A DNA stretch of 38,485 nucleotides from an uncultured Planctomycetales bacterium (GTDB lineage: Bacteria > Omnitrophota > Gorgyraeia > Gygaellales > Profunditerraquicolaceae): the NCBI GenBank assembly GCA_964510625.1, contig CAZEBD010000003.1, forward strand, positions 1 to 38,485. The letters are read 5' to 3'. Shown one piece after another: positions 24,347 through 31,408 of this stretch (within the stretch, counting starts at the first letter, position 1; each line of letters starts with the position of its first letter). A model generated the notes under the pieces. That model was not told the DNA's origin. It ran no database searches and saw only the letters and a list, made by a program, of their open reading frames with translations. The translations under genes and the position numbers were made by a program.

Positions 24347-25358
24347 ACTACTTCTAAAAAAAGCACTGGTAACCGGCGGCGCAGGTTTTATCGGCTCGCA
24401 TTTATGCCAGGAGCTTCTTGCGCGCGGTTTTCAGGTTGCCGTAGTAGATGATCTTTCTACCTCCCAAAAAGCAAATATTTCCGCAATAATTAAGCATAAA
24501 AATTTTAAGTTTTATAAAGGCTCTATTTTGGATAAAAAGCTGATGCGCCGGCTTATCCATGGCTGTGATATTGTTTATCATATGGCAGCCGCGGTCGGGG
24601 TAAAATATATTCTGGCCAATCCTTTGGGTTCGATCATTACTAATATTAAAGGAACTGAGATCGTCCTTGAGCTGGCCGATCAATACCATAAAAAGGTTGT
24701 GCTTGCCTCTACCTCTGAAGTTTACGGTAAGCATATCTGCCAGCCATTTAAAGAAGATGATGACCGGATAATGGGCTCGGTAAGTAAAAGCAGGTGGAGT
24801 TATGCCGAAGCCAAGGCCATGGATGAATTCTTAGCCCTGGCCTATGCCAAAGAGCGGGGCCTGGCGGTAGTCATTGTGCGGTTCTTTAATACTGTCGGCC
24901 CCCGGCAGACCGGCCGCTACGGCATGGTGCTTCCGGGATTTATCCTTAAAGCTCTTCAGAATAAACCGATCACTGTTTATGGGGATGGCTCGCAGATGCG
25001 CTCATTTACTTATGTCAAAGATGCGGTAGAGGCGGTAGTGGCGTTAAGCCTTAAAAAACAGGCCGAAGGCCAGGTCTTTAACATCGGCGGGGCGGCCAAT
25101 ATTTCGATCAAGAACCTGGCGCATAAAGTTAAACAACGGGTAGGCTCAAAGTCTGAGGTAATTTTTGTCCCTTATTCAGAGGCTTACCAGGGGAAAGCTA
25201 AGGATTTTGAGGATATGCCCTGCCGGATCCCGGACACCCGGAAATTGCAGAAAATGATCGGGTTTAAACCGGAATTTTCTATTGAGGAGATAATCGATCT
25301 GACGGTAGATTATTTCCGGAAAGTGAAAAAATGCGGATTAAAAGGCTGTTTGCGTTAA
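24336..25358 (+). CDS. SDR-family NAD-dependent sugar-nucleotide epimerase/dehydratase
   Basis: 340 aa. VTGGAGFIGSHL Rossmann motif, STSEVYG and catalytic YAEAK. Confidence 0.8.
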   Translation: MKNKLLLKKALVTGGAGFIGSHLCQELLARGFQVAVVDDLSTSQKANISAIIKHKNFKFYKGSILDKKLMRRLIHGCDIVYHMAAAVGVKYILANPLGSIITNIKGTEIVLELADQYHKKVVLASTSEVYGKHICQPFKEDDDRIMGSVSKSRWSYAEAKAMDEFLALAYAKERGLAVVIVRFFNTVGPRQTGRYGMVLPGFILKALQNKPITVYGDGSQMRSFTYVKDAVEAVVALSLKKQAEGQVFNIGGAANISIKNLAHKVKQRVGSKSEVIFVPYSEAYQGKAKDFEDMPCRIPDTRKLQKMIGFKPEFSIEEIIDLTVDYFRKVKKCGLKGCLR

Positions 25359-26155
25359 TTCCAGCTGCAATATTATCTGTCCATACTTTGTCTTTTGCCC
25401 AGGAGCGCCCGGAGATCGATGCCAAGCTCAGGGAGGAGCCGGTAAGGTACCTCGAAAACAACCAGTTTTTCTTGAGCTCTTATTATGAATACAGCGCAGT
25501 AAAACAAAACGGAAGAAAAGGCCAGTGGAGGCTTTTTGCCAATACTATCGGGTACGCATTCGCCAATGGCTTTACCCCTTACCTTGAGGTGGATTCCTGG
25601 GACCGTTTCCATAATCAAGACCAGCTTTTTAACCTGGGTGCGTATCTTAAATTTAAAAATTTTTCTTATCTGCATTCTGAGATCGGGTTTGGCAACGATA
25701 TCACCTACCTGCCGAGATTCCGCTTCCTGCAGGAGTATGAACATAAGTTGGCCGGAAACTTATCCTGGCAGGCCGGCTATAAATACCTGAATTATTCTGC
25801 AAATGATGTCCACACCGCCTATCCGGGATTAATTTATTATTTCGGGGACAGCTACTTAGGCGCTTTTTATAACCTTTCTTTTACTGAAAGCCGCGGCGCG
25901 GCCCAGTCGGCGCTATTTAAAGGTAATCTTGCTTTGAACCGGTGGGTTGATTTATGGTTCGGCGCTGCGGTGGGGCAGCGGCTTTATGATATTAATGTTT
26001 TAAAGGCCGCCGATCAGAACGGGTATATTATTTATACCGGATTTGATTTTAAAATTAACACAAGCCTGCGCCTGCGGTTAGGGTTTACTTACGGCAAAGA
26101 AGAGCCCGCTTTTATCTCGCGCAGCATCGATTACGGGCTTACCTTGAAGTTTTAA
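25331..26155 (+). CDS. Outer-membrane beta-barrel protein, YaiO-like
   Basis: 274 aa. Signal peptide MRIKRLFALIPAAILSVHTLSFA, alternating aromatic/hydrophilic beta-strand pattern, and a C-terminal ...YGLTLKF with terminal Phe typical of OMPs. The YaiO family assignment is from memory. Confidence 0.55.
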   Translation: MRIKRLFALIPAAILSVHTLSFAQERPEIDAKLREEPVRYLENNQFFLSSYYEYSAVKQNGRKGQWRLFANTIGYAFANGFTPYLEVDSWDRFHNQDQLFNLGAYLKFKNFSYLHSEIGFGNDITYLPRFRFLQEYEHKLAGNLSWQAGYKYLNYSANDVHTAYPGLIYYFGDSYLGAFYNLSFTESRGAAQSALFKGNLALNRWVDLWFGAAVGQRLYDINVLKAADQNGYIIYTGFDFKINTSLRLRLGFTYGKEEPAFISRSIDYGLTLKF

Positions 26156-26159
26156 AATA

Positions 26160-27119
26160 ATGTATAACTACCATATTGATTTTTTCGGGCAGCTGAATAA
26201 GTTTATGGCCGCTGCCGCTTTTTTAACCAGCGCTTTTATTATTGTTTATGTTGCTTCTAAAGGGGTGTTTATCCGGATGAAGGCCAGGCACCTGGTGCTT
26301 TTAAAAAAACGCCTGGAGAGTGTGGCGGCTTCGAAAAGCTTAAATGTCGGCGGAAGATGCGAATCGTTGATCGGCCGGATCGATCCGCTGGAGGCAGCGG
26401 AGGTAATCCATGGCAATAAGCTGGTGCTTTCCAGCAAGCTTAATGAAGAGCTTAAAGCCTGTTTTGTCACGGAAAATAAAATTGATGAAATTAAGCGGAT
26501 CGCCCTAAAGTCAAGAAATAAGTGGCGCCGGATCCAGGCGATCATCAGCCTGGGGGCTTTGGATGACCCGGCAGTTTTGGGGGTGTTAGAAAGCGGCCTG
26601 GCGGATAAAGATGAAAATGTGGCTTATTTTTCTATGCTGGCTTTAGGCCAGATCAAAAACCTGCCATCGGCAAAGATCCTTTTGAATTTTTTAGATAAAC
26701 ATATCTATAGCGGATACAAGATCGTCTCTTTGTTGGAAGATTTTCCTCCTTTGATTGTGGAGGAGGTGGTAAAAACCACGCAAAGCCATGACCCGTTTGT
26801 GCGTTTTTGGTGCCTCAAGCTTTTAGCTAAATTTAAACCGGTCCAGTATTTAAGCCAGATCCTGAACTTGACTAAAGATCCTTCCGGTGATGTGCGGGCT
26901 GCCGGATGCGAATGCTTAGGAGAGATGGGGGCCTTTCAGGCAAAAGATGCGCTTATCTTTTGCCTGAAGGATGAAGTTTGGTTTGTGCGCATGCGCGCAA
27001 TAAGGGCACTGGCTAAAATTTTAAAGAGCGAATGTATTCCTTTAATTACCCCGATGCTTAAGGATAGCGACCTGCTGGTTAGGGAGAGCGCGAAAAACGC
27101 GATTGCGCTGAATCATTAA
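26160..27119 (+). CDS. Membrane-anchored HEAT-repeat protein
   Basis: 319 aa. One N-terminal TM helix (AAAFLTSAFIIVYVA), then repeated units such as RRIQAIISLGALDDP, DENVAYFSMLALGQI, DPFVRFWCLKLLAKF, SGDVRAAGCECLGEMG, VWFVRMRAIRALAKI and LLVRESAKNAI. Confidence 0.65.
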   Translation: MYNYHIDFFGQLNKFMAAAAFLTSAFIIVYVASKGVFIRMKARHLVLLKKRLESVAASKSLNVGGRCESLIGRIDPLEAAEVIHGNKLVLSSKLNEELKACFVTENKIDEIKRIALKSRNKWRRIQAIISLGALDDPAVLGVLESGLADKDENVAYFSMLALGQIKNLPSAKILLNFLDKHIYSGYKIVSLLEDFPPLIVEEVVKTTQSHDPFVRFWCLKLLAKFKPVQYLSQILNLTKDPSGDVRAAGCECLGEMGAFQAKDALIFCLKDEVWFVRMRAIRALAKILKSECIPLITPMLKDSDLLVRESAKNAIALNH

Positions 27120-27120
27120 T

Positions 27121-28521
27121 ATGCCTCCGGATAAAGTTTCCTATATTATTTTCATTATTTTCTTTGCGTATTTTATCATTTTGAATCTGTATTATATCAG
27201 CCTGACGATTATCGCCCTATTTGAAAATAGGAAGAGAGCAAAAGAGGATGCATCCGAGGATTACCGCAGGCTGGCGGTTTCAGCTTTTACCCTGCCGGTA
27301 AGTTTTATCATCCCGGCGCATAATGAAGAGGATTGGATCGCGGATTCGCTCAAATCAGTGCTTAACCAGGATTACCCGGAGTTTGAGGTAATTGTGGTAG
27401 ATGATTGTTCTGTTGATAAGACATTTAAGATTTTAGAGGAGTTTTTAAAACTTAAGCCTGTCAGCAAAGATTATGTAGAGCGTTTTACCTGTTCAGAGGG
27501 GGACAGTGTTTTTTCCTCTTTGGCTTATCCCCAGGTTACGGTTTTAACTAAAATCAACGGCTGCAAAAAGGCCGGAGCGTTAAATTCTGCTTTGAATCTG
27601 GCCAGGTATAAGTATGTCTGCACTATTGATGCGGATACGGTACTGGAGCCGGACGCTTTAATCAAGGTTATGGCGCAGGTGGAAAAAGACCCGGACAAAA
27701 TTATCGGGGTCGGGGGTTATTTTGGGCTGGTCAATGGTTTTCATATTAAGGATGGCCGGATCATTAAAAAAAGTTTTTCGCCTAACCCGATCATCGCCTA
27801 TCAGAATGTGGAGTATATCCGCTCACTGGCGGTCCACCGGGTGGCCTGGAGTAAATACAATGCGATGCCGATTGTCGCCGGGGGTTTTAGCATCTGGCGC
27901 CGGGATATTCTTCTGGAGTTAGGGGGATACGCTTCGGATTACAGTTCGGAAGACCTGGAATTTACCTTAAGGGCGCATGATTATATCATTGAGAATAAAA
28001 AAGAGGGTTTACGGATTCTGATGCTGCCGTACTTAGTCGGCTGGACAGAAGGCCCTTCAAATTTACTGTCTTTTATTGTCCAGCGTGACCGCTGGCAGCG
28101 GGTAATCAATGAGGCGGTTTTAAAATACCGGCATATGCTCCTGCGCCCCAGCCATAAGGCGCTGGCATTTCTGACCCTGCCGTATTTATTCTTTTATGAA
28201 TTTTTGGGGGTGTTTGTCGAACTGGCTGCCTTGTTTCTTGCGGTGTGGGGAGCCTTGCAGGGATTACTGGACATTAAGGTATTTCTGACTTTTATTGTTT
28301 TTATGATCCTGTGCAATGCGCTGATCTCGCTGGCCGCATTATTCATTTTTGTCCGCGATCAGGCGGTGTTGAGGACGCGCGACGTAATTTATTTTATCAT
28401 CCTTATTTTCCTGGAATTTTTCTGGTACCGCTGGTTAATGACTATCGCCAAATTATTAGGCACAATCCATTATTTTAAAGGCGTGCGTACTTTTGATAAA
28501 TACCAGCGCCGGCAAAGATGA
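27121..28521 (+). CDS. Processive family-2 glycosyltransferase (polysaccharide synthase; PgaC/cellulose/chitin-synthase-like)
   Basis: 466 aa. N-terminal TM, VSFIIPAHNEE, VIVVDDCSVD, TIDADT and SEDLEF. QRDRWQRV corresponds to the Q-x-x-R-W motif of processive synthases. Several C-terminal TM helices. Confidence 0.8.
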   Translation: MPPDKVSYIIFIIFFAYFIILNLYYISLTIIALFENRKRAKEDASEDYRRLAVSAFTLPVSFIIPAHNEEDWIADSLKSVLNQDYPEFEVIVVDDCSVDKTFKILEEFLKLKPVSKDYVERFTCSEGDSVFSSLAYPQVTVLTKINGCKKAGALNSALNLARYKYVCTIDADTVLEPDALIKVMAQVEKDPDKIIGVGGYFGLVNGFHIKDGRIIKKSFSPNPIIAYQNVEYIRSLAVHRVAWSKYNAMPIVAGGFSIWRRDILLELGGYASDYSSEDLEFTLRAHDYIIENKKEGLRILMLPYLVGWTEGPSNLLSFIVQRDRWQRVINEAVLKYRHMLLRPSHKALAFLTLPYLFFYEFLGVFVELAALFLAVWGALQGLLDIKVFLTFIVFMILCNALISLAALFIFVRDQAVLRTRDVIYFIILIFLEFFWYRWLMTIAKLLGTIHYFKGVRTFDKYQRRQR

Positions 28522-29411
28522 AAACTGTCTGGCAGGAAAGAGTTTTATATTTTATTTTTACGGCGATCCTTGCGGTATTACTCATCGATAGCCTGGGGGA
28601 GTTCGGCGGCCTGGCCTGGGCCCGGCATATTGTTTTTGATTACGCCAAGATATTCCTTCCGGTGATTCTTTTGATGATGCATTGTGTATATTCGCTTTTT
28701 TTAAAAAGGGGCCTGGCCTTAATTTTTTTTATTTGTTCCTGCGGTTTAATTGCCGAAATTATCGGCTTAAAAACCGGCCTTTTATTCGGCAGCCATTACC
28801 GCTATAATCCTGACAGCTTATTGATGTTTTCCCGGCTTCCTTTGTTTGGACAGGGTATGTTTTTTTGCGGCGTGCCGCTTTTAGTGGTTTTTTACTGGGC
28901 AGTTTTTATCTATGCCGGGTATAGTATTTCGAATTCGTTTCTATTCTGGCAAGGGCAGGGCAAGCCATCGCATCAGGCAAAAAATACTGCTTTATTGGTT
29001 AAGCTTATTTTGCTGGATGCTTTTATCGTCTTAGCCCTTGACCTGGTGATGGATCCGGTGCTGGTCAATGCCGGCAATTGGGCCTGGCATAAACCGGGAG
29101 CTTATTTCGGTGTCCCGGCGGGTAATTTTTTAGGATGGTTTGCTGTGGCTATTGTTTTAAGCGGCGCATTCAGGATCTTTGAGTATAATTTTCCGGATCA
29201 GATAAAAAAACTAACCCCGCTGCCGATTTTATTTCCCGTGCTTTCTTTGTCGGTGGTTTTTATTCTGGCTGTAGGTATCGCTCTGTACAAAAGTTTATAC
29301 CTGCTTATTCCGGTAGCGGTTTTTACCATGCTGCCGGTTATCCTGGCGAATTTCTATCTTTTTTTTACCGGCAGAAATGGTTTGGCATATTACTCAGCCG
29401 GTAAAAGATAA
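28518..29411 (+). CDS. Polytopic membrane protein, carotenoid-biosynthesis-protein (CruF/DUF422)-like family
   Basis: 297 aa, about 8 TM helices. GLKTGLLFGSHYRY and WAWHKPGAYFGVPAGNFLGWF resemble the family signature as I remember it. 4-nt overlap with the GT2 gene. Confidence 0.45.
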   Translation: MKTVWQERVLYFIFTAILAVLLIDSLGEFGGLAWARHIVFDYAKIFLPVILLMMHCVYSLFLKRGLALIFFICSCGLIAEIIGLKTGLLFGSHYRYNPDSLLMFSRLPLFGQGMFFCGVPLLVVFYWAVFIYAGYSISNSFLFWQGQGKPSHQAKNTALLVKLILLDAFIVLALDLVMDPVLVNAGNWAWHKPGAYFGVPAGNFLGWFAVAIVLSGAFRIFEYNFPDQIKKLTPLPILFPVLSLSVVFILAVGIALYKSLYLLIPVAVFTMLPVILANFYLFFTGRNGLAYYSAGKR

Positions 29412-29430
29412 ATCCCCGGAAAAGGGATTT
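29410..29430 (+). terminator. Weak hairpin terminator candidate
   Basis: AAATCCC-cggaaaa-GGGATTT immediately after the stop codon, followed by ATTATT (a poor U-tract). Confidence 0.4.
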
Positions 29431-29434
29431 ATTA

Positions 29435-29463
29435 TTGACTTAAGCAGCAAAATATTATAGTAT
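29435..29463 (+). promoter_or_regulatory. Putative sigma70 promoter for the sensor/ABC/Mla operon
   Basis: TTGACT (29435-29440), 17-nt spacer, TAGTAT (29458-29463). Confidence 0.4.
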
Positions 29464-29528
29464 CAAACCAATAGCCGATAAAGGAGCGTCTTTTGAAAGA
29501 AATGGGTTCATCAGGGCCAGGTATGCTT

Positions 29529-29571
29529 AACCCAAAGAACTGCAGGAATGCGGGCTTTGGGTTTTGTTTTT
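29529..29571 (+). promoter_or_regulatory. Terminator-like hairpin plus T-run in the 5' leader (attenuator or sRNA 3' end)
   Basis: AACCCAAAG (29529-29537) pairs with CTTTGGGTT (29555-29563). An inner GCA-GGAA-TGC stem-tetraloop is present and TTTTGTTTTT follows. The element ends 3 nt before the AAAGGAGG RBS of the PAS gene. Confidence 0.45.
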
Positions 29572-29584
29572 CTAAAGGAGGTTT

Positions 29585-30901
29585 ATGACAACGGAAAACA
29601 GGTCTAAAGAGGAGCTTTTATCAGAGGTCGGGGCGTTGGAAGAGCGGCTTAGGCAGCTGAGGCTGGGCCAAAAGTGGCAAACCGATATTATGTCTGTGGT
29701 TGCTGACTGGGTCTGGGAGGTAGATGTAGGCGGATTATTTACTTACAGCTCGCAGAAAAGTACCGATATTTTAGGATACTCCCGTGAAGAAATAATCGGC
29801 AAGACGCCGTTTGATTTTATGCCGCCAGAGGAAGCTAAGAAAGTGGCAGAAGTATTTTCGAAGATTGTTGCCGAGAGAGTGCCGATCAAAGACCTGGAAA
29901 ATTGGAATATCCGGAAGGATGGCAAAAGGATCTGTTTATTGACTAATGGCGTAGCGATCTGGGATGAAGCCGGGAACTTTAAAGGCTACCGCGGGGTGGA
30001 TAAAGATATTACCGAACGCAAAGAAACCCTGGAGAAACTGAGCAGTTATGAAACCCGTTTAAGTTACCTGACTAAGTATGCTAATGATTTTATTATTCTT
30101 CTGGATAAGGATTTTCGTTTTCTGGAAACCAATCTCAGGGTAAGCGATTTTTACGGGTATACTCAGGAGGAGCTGATCGGTATGCAGGCGGCGGATATCC
30201 GGGCTCCGGAGGTGCGCGCGGCTTTCCAGCAGCAGGTAAAACCGGCACAGCTGACCGGCCAGGCAATTTATGAAACTATTCATCAGCGTAAAGACGGGAC
30301 CAAGTTCCCGGTTGAGATCAGCTTGCGGACCATAGATGCCGAAGGCAAGCGCCTGTATCTGGCAGTGATCCGGGACATTACTGAGCGCAAGAACGCTGAA
30401 GCGGCCCTGCAAACTACTGAAAACCAGATGAAGTTATTGGTTGAGAATATTAAGGTGGGGATTACTTATATGGATAAAGATTATAAAATTATTTTCACCA
30501 ATAAAGCGCAGGGTGAGCTTTTTAAGCGGCCACCGGAGGAGTTTGTGGGTAAGTTTTGTTTTGCGGAGTTTGAAAAACGCGATGCGATTTGTCCGCATTG
30601 CCCGGGTAAAAAAGCGATGGTCTCCGGCTGTCATGAAAGTTCGGAGGCCACCGGCGTGCGCAATAGCGGTGAAAAATTCCAGGTGCGTATCAATGCCTTT
30701 CCTTATTTTCAAGTGGATGGTAAAATCGCCGGGTTTATTGAGACGGTTGAGGATATTACTGAACGTAAAAAACTGGAGGAAGCGACCAAAAAACACGTGC
30801 AGGAACTGGAGGTCTTTTACAAAGCGGCGATGGGCAGGGAGGAGAGGATCCTGGATTTAAAAAAAGAAATTGACAGCCTGAAAAAAGAACTAAAAAAGTG
30901 A
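29585..30901 (+). CDS. Cytoplasmic triple-PAS sensor protein with no recognisable output domain; ends in a short conserved coiled-coil helix
   Basis: 438 aa. N-terminal coiled coil, then three PAS units each closed by (D)ITERK (GVDKDITERK, VIRDITERK, VEDITERK). The third contains 4 Cys (C..CPHCPG..C). No HisKA/HATPase, GGDEF, EAL, HD or HTH follows, only HVQELEVFYKAAMGREERILDLKKEIDSLKKELKK. Confidence 0.8.
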   Translation: MTTENRSKEELLSEVGALEERLRQLRLGQKWQTDIMSVVADWVWEVDVGGLFTYSSQKSTDILGYSREEIIGKTPFDFMPPEEAKKVAEVFSKIVAERVPIKDLENWNIRKDGKRICLLTNGVAIWDEAGNFKGYRGVDKDITERKETLEKLSSYETRLSYLTKYANDFIILLDKDFRFLETNLRVSDFYGYTQEELIGMQAADIRAPEVRAAFQQQVKPAQLTGQAIYETIHQRKDGTKFPVEISLRTIDAEGKRLYLAVIRDITERKNAEAALQTTENQMKLLVENIKVGITYMDKDYKIIFTNKAQGELFKRPPEEFVGKFCFAEFEKRDAICPHCPGKKAMVSGCHESSEATGVRNSGEKFQVRINAFPYFQVDGKIAGFIETVEDITERKKLEEATKKHVQELEVFYKAAMGREERILDLKKEIDSLKKELKK

Positions 30902-31408
30902 AAGCAGAGATTCCGGTATCTACCGGTGAAGTTTGGGCGGCTCAGCAAGGGATAATCCTGAGGACAGATGCAATCGGTTCCTGTATCGGGTTAGCTGCTT
31001 ATGATGCCAGGAGTAAAATTGGGGCGCTGGCGCATATTATGCTTCCCGGGGTTTCCCCGAATAGCGGCCTGGCATATAATACCAAATATGCTGTTGATGC
31101 CTTAGGGGGATATGTTGTTTAAGATGAATCGTCTGGGCGCCGATGCCCGGCGCATTGAGGCCTGCCTGGTGGGGGCAGGTAATGTCCTGCAGGATAAGCA
31201 TGATAAAGTCTGCTCTAATTTGATTGCCTCAGTTTCGGATATTCTTGATGGACATAGCATAAAGGTGGTTGCCCGGGCATTAGGGGGGATGTTGCGCAGG
31301 TGTATGTTTATTAATATCGGAAGCGCCGAAGTCCATTATTCCGAAGGCGATGGCCCGGATAGATTATTGTATAGATGGGAGTATAACTCAGGAGAAGCCA
31401 ATGAATAA
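30898..31408 (+). pseudogene. cheD: CheD-like chemoreceptor glutamine deamidase; reading frame broken by a 1-nt shift at a G5 run
   Basis: Two abutting ORFs (30898-31122 and 31112-31408) together align by eye along the whole length of T. maritima/B. subtilis-type CheD. Matches include AIGSCIGLAAYD..KIGALAHIMLP (catalytic Cys and His contexts), KYAVDALG|DMLFKMNRLGA, EACLVGAGNV and ALGGMLRRCMF. Removing one G from GGGGG (31105-31109) restores one ~169-aa frame. Confidence 0.75.

Noticed and set aside
30441-30860. Alternative-frame + strand ORFs (30441-30860, 6818-7003, 21325-21567, 23631-23834, 25536-25790, 27722-27922, 32733-32984, 35622-35840)
   Set aside because: They overlap well-supported genes out of frame, are Arg/Lys/Leu-rich with no motifs, and have no independent translation signals.
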